This document shows positions 49,676-64,000 of a stretch of 64,000 bases of DNA, one piece after another. Numbering within the stretch: the first letter of the stretch is position 1; each line of letters opens with the position of its first letter. Source of the stretch: Lingula anatina (taxonomy: Eukaryota > Animalia > Brachiopoda). The stretch covers positions 4,216,001 to 4,280,000 of the forward strand of contig CM120647.1 of the NCBI GenBank assembly GCA_051362555.1, read 5' to 3'. The position numbers and the translations under genes are program-made. A model generated the notes under the pieces. The model ran no database searches. It was not told the DNA's origin and saw only the letters and a program-made list of their open reading frames with translations.

Positions 49676-50559
49676 GCTGTAAATTTAAATCAATATGATT
49701 TTTTATGTGGATATTTTAAGCGGTTTATTCTAAAATATGTTACAATGCATTTAAGGATTTATTGATTCAGGCTAGAATAATCTGAAAATGAACATCTTAC
49801 CATATACAACCTCTTCTTATTCAAGGTAGGCTACAGACATCCCTTTTTTTTTTCGTCATAATTTTTAGTTTTTTGATCAAAACTTCTTGACACGACTTTT
49901 GGTAGCTTATCACAATTTTTTCTTTTAAAATCCCCAACGTTGACATCAAGTAGGCCTAGCCCATTCGTTCAAAAACGCTGCACAGAAATGTGTTCACAGA
50001 TCACTTAAAATTACAATCGACGGTAGACCATCTAACCCACAGCAAAATATACGTAATAATACGTTGTAAAAATACGTTGATGTATATTACCCACATTGCA
50101 GCGAATAACAATTTGAAAGGTACAGCTCAGTAAATATATAAAATAAATCATTAATGAAGTAAATAAAAAATCCAGAAGATCAATGAGCGGAGTGGTGGGG
50201 GGGGGGGGGGGGGGGGCAGCTAGAAAAACTATATCAGTACCTCTTATACAGTAACCACCATAACACTTAAAAAGCTCCTATCTTTACCCCAGCCTTCAAG
50301 CCATTGCCCCCTAAAAACCAACAGGAAGAAGCTGTCACGTTCTCAAAACAGCAACCGTTTTGACATATGCACACACAATCGTGGTGGATAACTAAATAGT
50401 CTTAGTCCCGCTATCTCCCAGTGCAAATACTACGTGCTGTCTCTATATCGAGATAACAAGACGACGAAGGAAGCGTCCGTGTCGTCTTAGGGAGATTATG
50501 ACAGTAATGACAGGAGAGGTGCTACTTGTGGCGGTTGGGAGATGGAGGTGGGGTGGAGG

Positions 50560-50569
50560 GAGACCCGGT

Positions 50570-50609
<40 letters not shown>

Positions 50610-50613
50610 CGGT

Positions 50614-50667
<54 letters not shown>

Positions 50668-50936
50668 ATGTGTGCGTGCGTGCGTGTGCGAGTGTGTGGT
50701 TGAGAGAGAGAGCGTGCGATTGTGTGTGTTCGTGTGTGTGTGTTCGTGTGTGTGCGTGAGAGAGAGAGAGAGAGAAACAGTGTGCATGTGTGCGTGCGAG
50801 CATGTGCGAGAGTGTGTGGTTGAGAGAGAAAGAGAGAGAGAGAAAGAGAGGAATAAATAGATTCAAAAAACGACTCTATTAAAATAAAGAATATAAAGAT
50901 AGAAAGGAGAAATAAAAAGAAGAATGTGTGTGTCTG

Positions 50937-51000
<64 letters not shown>
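50560..51000. repeat. (GA)n/(GT)n microsatellite cluster
   Basis: Long GA and GT runs with duplicated GAGACCCGGTCT and GCGAGTGTGTGGTTGAGAGAG units. Confidence 0.9.
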
Positions 51001-51002
<2 letters not shown>

Positions 51003-54000
51003 TTGCCTGTCGAGGTTGCCTTACATTTTGTAATAAAAGCTGATAATAGGCCTACATTTTTGTATAATATTTCAGAGGGCGACTTGCTTTATCTTTATTA
51101 TATAAAGAATCAATTTATCGCCTCAAATTCCACAGCTACTGAAATTACATATATAGTAAAAAGGCAAAAATGATAATGAGCATGAAAATTTACTCGTGTA
51201 TCCAAGTTTTCTTTCTATCTCTGCTTCGACACGTTTTGACTACTCATTGATAAAAACTCCCCGCACCTTATTTTTCACCATGTGTACCTGTAAATAATGT
51301 AACTGATAAGTTAATACTTAAGGATAAAGATATCTCAAATATAGGAATAATTTTATTGCGTTTGCTTTATAGCTAATAAATGTATAAATGGATGAATGAA
51401 TGAATAAATGAGTAAATAAATAAAAGTAAATAATTGAATAAAAGGCAAGCCATCACGTAATGCCGTGCAAATTGAATGAGCGATATAGAAAGGGATTTTT
51501 GAAAATGAAATTGCAAATTCCCATTTTCTGACTGCGCAATCTAAGACAAGTTTCACTTTCGCTCAGGAAAAAAAGTCATAACGGCTAATGACTCGGAAAA
51601 TCTTCGCGCGTTCGAGGCAGGGCAGAGATATCGCCTTGCGAGCGAAATAAGAGGTCGTGCAGGCACCCGCGTTTAATGGAGGTGCCTTCTCCGAAATCGC
51701 CCCTCTCTGTCGGAAGGACGTCTTTGAAGATTGGGAGGTGACGTGTTATGTTGACGTCCCACGCAAAAACGGATCAGAGCTATGTGGCATGAAGCCGCCG
51801 CTTTGTGAAAGAGAAAATATTGAGATACTTCACCCGCCCCCTCTCCCGCCTAAAATGCTTGATGTTTTTTTCAGTGGATGATAATAATAATAATAAGACG
51901 AAGAAGAAGAAGAGGGTTAATCATTTTTATTAAAACTTACTGCCCACAAGTTTAATAAAAATGTAGCATAGTTATAATAATATAATAGTTATAATGTAAT
52001 AGATATTCTAAGGCCAAAATTTTTGGAGTAAAATAAAATTATAAAGCAATAGATATCTTTAGCTAAATTTTCGAAAACTGCATGTCATCATATAGGCCTA
52101 TAAAAAATATTCAAATATTAATTAATACTACCACCTAGTTGACCAAACCACAAGGCCTGTTTTTTTGCGGAGTTCAAAGAGAAAAAAGTTCATTGTTGGG
52201 GATCATATATTCTAACATGCAAAACTGACTCTTGCTTTGTCGGGAGAAAAAAAAAAACAAAAAACAAAAAAAAAAAAAAAACTCTTGTCCACCTAATATC
52301 TCAGTTAGCGTGTATGTGAGGGGGACGGTTGATGACATCAAGTTTTATTATAGATTTTTGTAAAAAGTTTTTCATAAGAAATAAAAATGAAATCGCGATG
52401 AGCTCATCAGGAGAAGATCAAAGGTACAAAACGGTAATTTTTCAATCCCACTCTTTCGATTAACCAAAAGTGCTTCCTCGTCGCGTTTCATTCCATCAAA
52501 TTCTGCATCCTATACATTTCTGATCGTAAACCTCGACTGATCCGCGAATAAACTCGCGGTCGGCGAGAAGGACAGACAATTAATCGGCGCACTTCAGAGG
52601 GTCGATGAAAGCAAGATCATAAAAGAGCAAAGTTATGCGAGGAGCGAAGCCTCCGCAGTAACAGCAGACGACCATCGGAATCCGCGATGTCAATATTATG
52701 ACGTCACCGCCAATACAATCTCACCCTCAGTTCATCAAAGAAATCTCGAGGGATTTGTAAGGGACGTATTGCAACAGTGACAGCGTTTGTCGGGTGGGTG
52801 AATTGATACAGCAAGCGTGAGTCATGTCGTAGCGATCATCAAATTAAAGTTAAGTCATTTATAAACGCTTGTGACCGTCGACGACACGACAGTCCACTTT
52901 GGCAGAGCTAGAGTGTCAACCTTATCTGAAAAGAAGCGACGACAGGCTGCCACAGAAGACTTCAAGTGTGCACTATCACCCAGTTCCATCTTTGGCCGGG
53001 GATTTTGTCGGATACAGAAAAACTTTTTTATTTGCAATCACTTTTCGTTGTGAATCCAATTGTGACGATCAAACTTCCGAATTATTCTCCGATCAGCAAG
53101 CTTCTGTGACGCCGTTCGTTGTGTCGCATTAATTACTTGAGTCCGTCTGTGCTCTTGAATCTGATTGCAATTGGAACTGAGCAGCAATAAGTATTATCAA
53201 GCACAAATTTTTACTCACAAGTCTCACACTGAAAATGCCAAGGTCGTTTTTAGTGAAGGGTTGGCATCTTCCGCCTCCTGACGATAGCAGCATCATTGGT
53301 GACAATAACAGTAACACAACGGGCAGTAACAGTAACAACAGCGTCAGTAGTAGTGAAGACATTATTGTTGAGGGTGATCACAGCGAAATACTACCGTTTG
53401 AGCGTAAGTAATATTTGTTTTACTCGTATTTTGTATTCTGTTAAATTGATGTCAGACATCGCAGAGAAACGCTTGTTCAAACTATCACCAGGTTTGAAAT
53501 TAGGGCTGCTTTAATTACAATGATTTTGCCTCAGTTTCAACAACAAGTTTGTTTATACATCTACAATAGCAATATTTTCTAATATATTTTCTGATACAAA
53601 CAATTTTAAAGGGGAGTAGAAAGAACACTTTTCTAGTATTTCAATAACTTATTGCTTTGTGGATATTAATTTTCAATGTTATATTTACCGTATATTGTTT
53701 TCCTTTCCACGCATGTTATACTGATAACGCGTTGTTTATTTTGCGCACGCAGATTCGCTGGTTCTTTTTTTTTCCTTATAGAATATTTGATTGTCACGTC
53801 TTTTGAACTCTGATTGCAAAACATTCCGAATTCCATCTACATTACACGCATAGAAACTTAATTTTCAATGCCATAATATTTTAACATAATTGTTTTAACT
53901 TTCTATATGAAATTCACTTTAAAATCATCTTGTCGTCTATCAATATTATGTGTCTGTTTTTTTTATTTTATTTTAACGAACGCCTGTTATTACGAGAAAT

Positions 54001-54637
54001 TTGGTCCATTATGAGTTGAAACTTATATGCCTGGTGCTACGATTTGTACATGATTTTATTTTGGAAAATCCCAATTCTCATTTTCCATAAAACCGCTGTG
54101 ACAATTCTACCCACAGAGAAGAACGTTAACCATTTCGAAATTTTTGTGTTCGCTGTATCGCTTTTTTATTGTTTTCTCAGTCGCAATTATGTCTCACTTT
54201 TCCAAGTATTTTCAGTTTGTTTTTATCAAATTATGACATTTGTCATAAATTAATTTTGATTTTGAATATCTCCCTTTGTAATAAAATGATCATGTTTTGG
54301 TTTCATACATTCTACTGTACAACGGGAGTCGTTGTCATTTTAAACAAAATGCCAAAAACGAAAACATAGATGAGAAATAATCACGTATTTGATTCCCACG
54401 AAAAGCAAACGTTGCACTATTATAACCTGTCACGCGGACATAGCGATAACTGCTTGCAATGGCGAGTCTTGATAATTAGCAAATTTAAAGGTGGGATATC
54501 TATAAGGTTTTCTGTAAGGTTTTCATGTGCAAGGCGATACAGTAGATAATATCGTCCATTAGATACAGGGTACATCTCTCTCTCTCTCTCTCTCACCGAG
54601 TACTCTCTCTCTTACCAAGTCCTTTCTCTCTCCCTAG

Positions 54638-54670
<33 letters not shown>

Positions 54671-57127
54671 CGTATGTCATATGTCAGTCAAACACCAGTG
54701 GCTTTTTCTACTCCTACAGACACAGAAGTCCAGAAAGACGAACAGTTGGCAAAAACAATCGAACTTTGCCTGTCTGTTAATTTGGAATCCGACTGCCGTT
54801 TTTTTTTTTTTTTTTGTGTCGTTTAGTGCAAGGACGAGCAATTTTCACGTGCCTTTATGTAAAAAATATATATGGAAACATGGTTGCTAGTTCAGTAAAT
54901 GTTTTTCTTCTGGGTTACTGGAAAACGCTTTGCCTAATATTAGTCATCTTTTGTAGCAGAATATCTTACGAGTCACTTGAATTGTTTCACTTGTCCGGGG
55001 GGTTGGAGGGGGGGGGGGGGTCCTGGTTGCTCTCTTTAACAAGTCAATTGTCAATTTATTGTTAACGTTTAATAGGACGCTTGCTCGTTGAAATCGATAT
55101 TTAGATCTATGAATAAATACCATGAATTATAAAGGCTCATGGCATTCTTTTTGTAAAATAAAACAATAGATATACAAATAATAATAATAATGATAATGAT
55201 GATGATGATTGTAATGAATTAGGTTCATTAACATTTGCAGGAGATCGGGGCTTTTAACCAGGCCTTTTAACGACAAGATCTTTTTAGTAAAAATAATAAG
55301 TAGCTAGGAAATTTTGTATAGCGCAAAACGATGGTATTAAGCATCACCGATATCTTATACTATTTCACTATTTTTCTATCACTACAGGATTCTGGTTTCA
55401 AGAAAAAAATCCATTTAATGAAACAACCTTTACTAAAACAAAATAAGATTTTCCACTTTGATTAAAAAAGCTCTGTTTAAGAGGGCACACCAACCGGAGG
55501 CCAATAAAACCTCAACTTCTTCTGTCAGCGTTAGTTTATTTGGGAATAGCAGTAAGTTGTTGTCATTCGAATTTCTGCAAATATTTTTCTCTTACACACA
55601 GGTGCTGGCGTGGAAATCATGACTGGCATTTTATTATTTTGACATATTTTTTTCAAAATAATCAGGATTATTATGACTAGGAAATTGTGACCCCGTGAGG
55701 TCGGCTCGCAAAACTTTTTTTCCTTGTTCTCATGTGGACTGATAGAATTTGTGGACTATAGTCTAATGATATTGAAGACATCGTACGAGATTCTATAATT
55801 TACCCATAAAAACAGACTGAAAAAACTTAAACGTTAAAGACTGAAGAAATCTGAATTTTCAAGAAGGCCTGAAAGATATACTAAATTATCAGCAACTTCG
55901 GAATAAGCATATAAGCTGTGTGGTGTGCATTTGTACATGTAGCTCCGTTAGTTTAGGTTTATGAAGGTCTTAAGAAGAAATAAATATGAAGAAAAGACTC
56001 GGTTTGTACAAAACATTATTTCTTAATTTTAGAAGTTATTAGAAATTGGGATTGCAGGTTTCTTATACTTACATAAATTTCCTTCTCCGCAAGAAAAAAA
56101 AAAAAAATACTGCAAATTTCTGTACTAAATCGAACTTACTGACCCCCAGCAGCCGGTGGTTGGGATTTTTAATTTACCGGTAGGGGGAATATTCGTTTCC
56201 AATTACAATTAACTAAATCAAATTCTTGGGCATTTCATTTGCCGCACAACGGTAGAATTTACAACCAAGTCAACCTAAACGCTCTCTCCCTCCTCGTGAG
56301 TTCGTGAACCGCTCTCAACAAATTCCGTCACTGGCATAGCGCGGGCCCCGCGATTAACTTTACGGCCACAGCTATGAATATCTAGCAGCAGGCCGCGCGC
56401 GTTGTATCCAGGGCTTTGTGTAATGTTATAAGGCCCTGATTAGGCGTTTCAAATGTTGATAGATGGGGTATATCGTTTACAAGTTACCTAACCTACCTGT
56501 GTCTTCCTGGGCTGCTCCTTTGATCAGCTAATGTCGTAATTAAGAACACGATTTTGGTGATTTCACAGATGATGGCGCTTTTGGGAGGGGAAAAACGTTC
56601 AACATTTGTGGGGTCTTGAAACGGTAGTCACTTTTATTAGTAGATAACAACATCATAGAAAGCTTAATTTTATGATAGAAGGGTCACCAAGAACAAACAG
56701 GATAAGTTCATTCCCTTTAAAAAATACGCCAAGGTTTAAAAAAAATCTGTTTGAAAGCGAGCAAATAAAAGGAGATTACATAGAAGCTGTTCTGATAAGA
56801 ATTTCAAGACACTTTAAATCCGGATCCTATTTTAGTGAGAAAAAGCGTGCTGGCGCATTACATTACTATTCAATTTACTTTTGATAAATAAAGTTTGTTA
56901 TTTGTAGATATGATGTGTACGATAACATATGTACATTTGACTTAAAAAGGAAAAGACGTGACCGCGCTCGCTCTGAAGTGTAAATATTGTTTCTACAAGG
57001 TCAAATGCATGTTTAAAAAACTGCGAAAAGTAACCTCTTATTGCTAATGTTGGGACGAATGGAAAAAACTGATAGATTTGTTAATATTAATAATTAATGG
57101 AGCCAACAAATAGACTAGTCCATCATA

Positions 57128-57173
<46 letters not shown>

Positions 57174-57787
57174 AATATCTTGTTCTTGTTTCACAAATCG
57201 ACTTAAGTCGAGGATCAGTGCTACCAAAGACAACTTTTGACCTTAGCCGACTAAGTAAAGTTTTACAAAAATTTTATTTAAAAGGCCGCGTGGCTCATTT
57301 TCTCGTTTTTTAACTGTGCCAAATTAGGCGAATGGCGATATTTTTTCTCCTGGCAGTGACATTTATTTTTGTGATTATGTTAACTACATTTTTTAGGACA
57401 AATCGTTCTTGCAACTCCGTATTTCCGACTAATATCACATAGTCGACTTTCTGTCATGGGCTTTCTAAGATTAGCAGTCTAACCTCCTCCCCCCCCCCCC
57501 CCTTCCCATTTTTTCGACCATCGTGGAGCAGGTCCCAGGTGCAAACCAAAGAGTCCAGTTGTTTCCTCAAACAGATGCATTACGTTGATGTCCAGTGGAC
57601 GCACCTGCGCCCATTTACAGGGGTCAATCGAGTAGCTGACCAGTACTCATTAACTACGGCCACTTGAACGGTCATTAATCAGGCAAGGTGCGAACATGTG
57701 TTTGTGTTATGTTTTGATGAGATTAATTAAGGAGGGGTGCCCTTGGACCACTTCCCGTGGTACTGTTGGTTCCCTTTGTTCTTTGAT

Positions 57788-57837
<50 letters not shown>

Positions 57838-60483
57838 CAATTAAAGAACAGCACATAATTTGAAGTGAGTACCATTATGTAAGAAATATCACAGAATTAT
57901 TAATACTTCATTACAACCAAATACATATGAAACAGTTATATAGTTATCATCCACGAATGATGACGATGTGAATAATTACACATCAGAAGGAATCAAAGTT
58001 AATGAATTAGCAAGCATATTCCTTGCTTAAATAACAAAGATCTTACAGAAAATTACAAAGCCAACTACAAACTGGTAAACAAAAATTAAGTAAAAACAAA
58101 AACACCTAGTTTGAATATTGACAATGACAAATAGTCGCCCTTCCAAGCAGTCGTATTTTTGCCTCAGAGAAGGCACTGTAGCTCAACTTGAAACGCTAAC
58201 GCCATCCTTAACTTCTTAACTTAACCCCACTATACCACTACCACAGACACAGTAGTTAAGAGAGGGTGGTTAAAAACATTGTATCATTTCCCGTCATTTG
58301 TCAACTTAACTACGTTAATGAAGCCGAAAGTCGGGTGTCGTCTGCTCCTAAGTGGAAGACGAGCTCGGTGAAGTTTTTGTCTTCGTGGAAGAGACAGTAG
58401 CGCCCGTAATAGATCACCGAGACGCTGGCATGACTTATGGAAAAAAGCGAGATAGGGGCTGGGGAGGAGGGGGGGGGGTGCCATTATCATTGAGGACCGT
58501 AGGGTTTGGAAGTCTATTTATGCTGTCGCTTAATCAAGGATGTTGAGGGTCGTCTGCGGTCGATATGATTGATCGAATTAGGGGTGAGGCGATTGCACTT
58601 TTATCTTTAAAACTCGTCATCAAACTTACGGAAGGCTCTCCCTAAAGAGAAAAATAGTCTAAATATATATTTTTATCGTTTTTTGTCCGTTTTATGTAAT
58701 CATTTCGCAGTGTCAGCACCTTGTAAATTAATATACTCCTGTTTCTTTTTAAATTGAGCAATTCAGTCGTGTATTCTATTATTTGAGAGAAAGACGACAT
58801 TGTTTATGAAAGGTGTTTAAATTGATGTTGTTTTTGAGATGATACTGGCAGCAGTATTTCGGGGTGAGCTTTTCTTGACAAACGATGGCTGACAGGAGAA
58901 ATGAGTGTTTTCTTAATGAACACAAAAGTGAGTGGGAGAAACTGGACGTGCTTGCATGAAAATGTATTCCCTGTTCAATATTTCACTCGTCTCACCCTAA
59001 AGTATTTCTTTGATTTTTTCATTTTATTGTCCTTTTGACGCTTTTTTTACATCTTAATTTTATCATCTTTAGAATAATTTGAATTTTAAATGTAGATGAA
59101 CGTAGATATATGTAAATCCAATGATGAAATACTTGTTCCGGAAGAAGAGAAAAGCTGCTCTAAAAGCTGACGATTTGATATTGGCATTCCATGCATCCGT
59201 GTCGTGTTGTTGGCGAGAAATATTCAAGATGGTCACCACCCCGTAACGGGATCAATTTACCAATCAGGCATATTTCTCCTCTCTGTCAGTGTTCGACCTA
59301 ACCTACGTGCTGAGATTCACTTACAGTTCGTGATAATTTATTCATTTATTCAGTAATTCCGCTCGTCACTTCCTCGCTACGTGTGCGGCGTGGCTTTATT
59401 GCCCGTCTTCGCATTCTTTGCATACTAATTAGTTATTCGCTAACCAACTAACCTAATTACGCTGTTTACCTAACAACCTTTGAGCTTTTTGAAACAAAGA
59501 GCTCGAACATAGACAGAGATGGGCGGTTTCCCTGTCACAAAGCGCGCGGTTGTTAATTGCTTACGACGCGCGTTTGGGTTGATCAGATGACTAGAATAAT
59601 ACCATGGCGGCAGTGAAAAATCTGAGAATGTCGCATCTTTTGATAAACCTGTGAAACAGTTAATTATGACTTCTATGACTCGGGGAGCAAATAAGTGTCT
59701 GGAAAATGCCATTTCTTCTTTAATGCCAATTACAGGTGGAACAAAGGGACTCAAACCGGTGAAATAAACAGTGCGTATTTGACAGTAAATACCGCCTCCT
59801 TTCGGAACCCGGTCAACCAACCGGCCGCGATGTCGTCTGCCAAATCCCTCCCGATAACGAATGCCAATTATTTCCCTTTCATAGCGACTGAAATAAGTGA
59901 AACAAATAAATAGTATTAATTGTTCATCGACCGTGTATCTTAATAGAATTAGTATTCAGTTTTTACAGAGCTTCGTGCGTGGATCTGAAGACCTTGTTGC
60001 TACCAACAAATGATATTACCAAGTCGTCAAACTGGGGAACGCCCAGTTGTATTCGCGACATTGACGACAATTCTACAATTATCAAATGTAATCCGTGGTT
60101 ATATCTTTAGATGTTTTGAATTTGCATTTGTTTTGGGGGTTAGCAGCTAAGATTGAATATCGCTGCAAGCCTTTTGAATGCTGTATGACAAAAATTTGAT
60201 AGTACTTTCTGAAAATATTCCTGTAGATATTTTAATAAAAAATATTTCATATTAACTTTTTGCTTATTTCATTATATTAATTTTCTTTTTTCGTTATGTT
60301 GCCAAGCATTTTATTTTGACATTTTCCAGTAAAAGTCGTTCTATATTTATTTCCACTGTTTTTTCAACTATGTGAACAGATAAAAAACTGTTCAAAGCTG
60401 TTCTTTTTATTTATTTTTAATTATTCATTTTATTGATTAATTTCTAATTATCCTTCTTCACTTCGTATTCACCACACCTTACT

Positions 60484-60641
60484 CAGACCCGTAGCCAGGG
60501 GGGGTTCGAAAGAACCGCTCCTTTTGCTGGGAAAAGGTCCACTCTGGGTAAAATTTGATCTGATACATGAAGTTTTTATGGGAAATAGTCCACTTTTTCA
60601 GAAAAAGAACCCCCCTTTTGAAATTGCTGGCTACGGGCCTG
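60484..60641. mobile_element. MITE with CAG(A/G)CCCGTAGCCAG TIRs
   Basis: CAGACCCGTAGCCAG / CTGGCTACGGGCCTG termini; internal repeated GGTCCACT/AGTCCACT motif. Confidence 0.75.
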
Positions 60642-63379
60642 TAATACTGGTAGATTGATAGCATTGTTTTGACATTATAAAAAGATGAATATTTATAAAC
60701 AGAGAATAAGCCTTTAATTAAATGAAAAAAAAAATCCGTTTTTGCACTATCATATTGAGTATGAATGGTTCCAGACAGGCACTACACCGTAGCGATATTA
60801 TTATCATCACTTTTTACAAGCGCTTTCATCAATTAATTTCATAAATTTTATTAATTCGATATCACATTCCTGTCAGGTCAACCAAACTGTGTTAGGAAAA
60901 AAATATGTGCAAAACTGGACAGAAAAACAAAAGACTACAACTGCTTTAACTATATCTGATTGGTAAACACTGTAGTAAAGGGGGGCTCTCGCTTTAAGCA
61001 GTAACTTCTGTGCTCCGACGTTATCAGTAATTTTTACACGTGTATACCGCAAATCCCACAAAAGTTTGTGATACCAAGGTGTGAACGACCGTTTAGCGCT
61101 ATTTTGACAGGTTTGGTGACACACTGTGACGGGAGGACTTTCCACACCTGGAGTTAACTGACTTTGAAATTATTGCTCAGGTAAACGCTTTAACCGCGTC
61201 CGTCACAAAGAATATCGGTCATTACGTAGATCACATCTGGACTGTCCGGAGAAGTTGGGGCTGCTTTGATATTTCATTTCATTTCTTTGTTTTATTTAAT
61301 TCTGTTTCTGTCTTATTCTTTTTGTTTAAATTCTAAAAAAAATCTTGTCTTTTATTATATCATTTTATTCTGTTTTTCTTGTATGAATTAATTAATTAAT
61401 TGGTTAATTTCCTTGACTTTTCCCTTCATCTAACTCACGTTTAGTTGGTTTCGATATAAGTATTTTAGTCTCTAGGAAGTGTGATATCAAATATGGAATG
61501 GGAACATTCTACAAGAAAATAATGGTCGACCTTAATCAAACTACGAACTGGTCGTCCATTCAAGTCAATATGCGAGGTAGATATTACGTAAAAATATCCC
61601 TTAAAGGTAGTTGACATAGGCAGAAGTTTTATTATACTATTTAATAGTCTGACCGAAGCTTCCAATTATACTGAGGTATAAACTAGAGGGAGATAAATTA
61701 AAGATAAATTTACTAGGGTGACTAACAGGCTTATTAAGAAACATTCTTCCGCGTTCATTGAGGCGCGTTAATCATAAAATCGCTCTCTTCAGAAAGCCGC
61801 CGTTTATTTCGTGATATACTCAAAATTAATTGTACTCGTGTACAATTGACTTGTCATCAGTTTTATAATAAACAGAGACGCGTAAAAGAAAATTAACCAT
61901 AAAATCGCTCTCTTCTGATCCCTATCGTTTATTTTGTGATTTACCCGAATTTAACTACTTGTATATAAATGACGTGTTATTAACAGTATTACAAAGGTAC
62001 AGGGTAATTTGGGATTGACACACAAATTTTTGCGTGACTAAGCGCTATGGAAGACGCCTTTATTCGGTTTAAGCGACCACCATGGATTTTTGATTTCGTG
62101 TGTTGCAAGACTGGGGGAATGTCTTGAGATTGAACCCAAGTTAAACATTTTTTGTCCCTTGCCACTCACTTAATTAGCAACATAATTTACTTGGATCTGA
62201 AATCTGTTTAATTTATGTAATTTACTACGAATTTATTTCAATTTGTTCTTCGTGTGAATACAATTAGGAACTATTGCTAATTGGTATTCGCAGAATTGAA
62301 GCTCTTTGGTGGTATTAAGTCATTGCTAACGAGACGGAAGCGGAAATGGAATCGCATGATGATTTAAATAAACAGAACATAGCATTACACGATTAAATAC
62401 CTGTGATTCGAAACTCACTGATCTCCAACCACCGTTTTTAAGTTTTCCAGATGGTCTTAAGACATATAACTAGATGAAGTACTCTAATCAAATTAAGACA
62501 ACGCTTCCTTTGTGTTGATTAATAAATGAATTGGTTTATACGATTAATTATTTGAATGTTCGCTGACTTGACGGAACTAGTTTCAATACTTGTTTTTTAA
62601 CCTCCAAAGGTATTGTATTGTATTGTATTGTATTGTATATTTTGTATTGTCACCATGCGACTTCTTGGGATTTTTCTTTAATGGCTGAAGTGACAGTCGC
62701 TTCTGCTAATCAAGTTGACTTTTATATGTGTTTTGGACGTACATGTAGCTATCCAGAAGTTTACAGACCCCCCTCCTCACGTGTTTTATTTTCTCTTAGT
62801 TGTCTTTGTCATGACTTTTTACATCTGGTTGTAGTAACTCAAAGAACAAATGAGTCTACACTTTCAAACCAAAATTTTAGTAGAAATCAGGAGCCCACTA
62901 GATCTTTAATATTGCGCCTGTTTTAAAACAGGATTAGCACGGCTAGTACTTACAACCAGTAGTTACTTTATTATAGTGGATGACTACGTATTTTCCCTTA
63001 ATTCATGTAAGAAAAAATCAAGTTTGAGCCTTACGACCGACGTTCGGTCTGAAATTCCTCGTGAAAACCAGCACTTGGCACTGTACAAAAACGTACCGCT
63101 TACTAATCACGTCTTCACCACCGCTTTGCACTGGGCGGTGCCAGCCACCGAATTCAGTCCCAGGGATCGGTCAGCGCGTGGGTCAGTATGACTGGACAGT
63201 GGACACTAAGCATCTCCCAGTTTCTTGGACTGATTGGCCGGATCGTTTGACAAGCCGGAAGAACTTTTCTTCCGATGAATTTACGCACGCAGAGAACTAT
63301 TTTATTAATAGCGGCGAATATCGAAGGGCCTGGAAGAGTCTTGAGGATTCTAGTTCCTCTCTCTCTCTCTCTCTCACTT

Positions 63380-63422
<43 letters not shown>

Positions 63423-64000
63423 CACGGACACTAAAAACTTGTAATATTAGCGCTCCCTTTGCTCTCAAAAAGACGAAAAGCACAGAAAACCACAACACGA
63501 AAAGCAAACGCCTTAATTCATTTTGCCACCGCCCTGATCCCGAAACTCAACAAATAAAACGGATTCTAGATACGTGTAAATACAACAGATTTAGTGGGGA
63601 CAGAGCGGGTCTTTTAATAGATTATATTTGTACAGAAATCAGGGAAGAGAAGCCACAGACGTTGCCAAAAACACACCCGCGGTCCCATCAACAAAACCTG
63701 ATCCGGCCGGGAACCAGTCTAAACAACACCCTTTATTGTCCATCCAGTTCTCTGGGCCCTTATCCTAATCAAGGTGGCCAGGAACATGTATTTGAACAAG
63801 GGTATCGCCACAGGAAACAAGTGTCTAGTTGTCCGCTACTTGAAGTATAGATTAGCCGGCCTTAAAACAATTTGCTTGTCGTGCGTTGCACTGAGAGCGT
63901 CGGATCGTTTACTCAGCAGAGGACGCGGGGCTTGTCAAGTGTCTTTTGCTCATGCGGGTTTCTCATGTAACTTGGTCTCCACACTCCTCTCTCTCTCTCT

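Noticed and set aside
63074-63095. CTTGGCACTG resembling a miR-96/182-family 5' end
   Set aside because: The 3' part does not match the mature miRNAs I know and I see no complementary arm for a hairpin.
63061-63850. Overlapping ORFs of 127, 117 and 191 aa
   Set aside because: All run through a (CT)n tract and show no domain; more likely promoter or UTR sequence.

Overview
AT-rich, microsatellite-rich eukaryotic DNA; an invertebrate animal, probably a lophotrochozoan/mollusc (inferred). Spliced gene models were built by hand and their exon phases checked. Left part (0-16 kb): three tRNA-Gln genes in duplicated cassettes, a two-exon gene for a secreted poly-Arg peptide (candidate antimicrobial peptide), and a four-exon divergent non-HRD protein kinase whose first exon is duplicated 11 kb upstream. 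Middle part (17-47 kb): RIOK3 (minus strand, 12 coding exons, 548 aa) head-to-head with XRCC5/Ku80 (plus strand, 20 coding exons, 726 aa, one U12-type intron). Their introns hold ten copies of a Tourist-like MITE (two more counted copies lie at 10-12 kb), a two-gene THAP/SAP TIR-transposon relic, a 3.8 kb Helentron-type element with 161-bp repeats, and LINE fragments. Several introns also carry 'echo' duplications of exon boundaries. The largest is a 3 kb array of about 50 copies of a RIOK3 exon end plus its 5' splice site. Right part (47.5-64 kb): mostly non-coding, with one possible small ORF.
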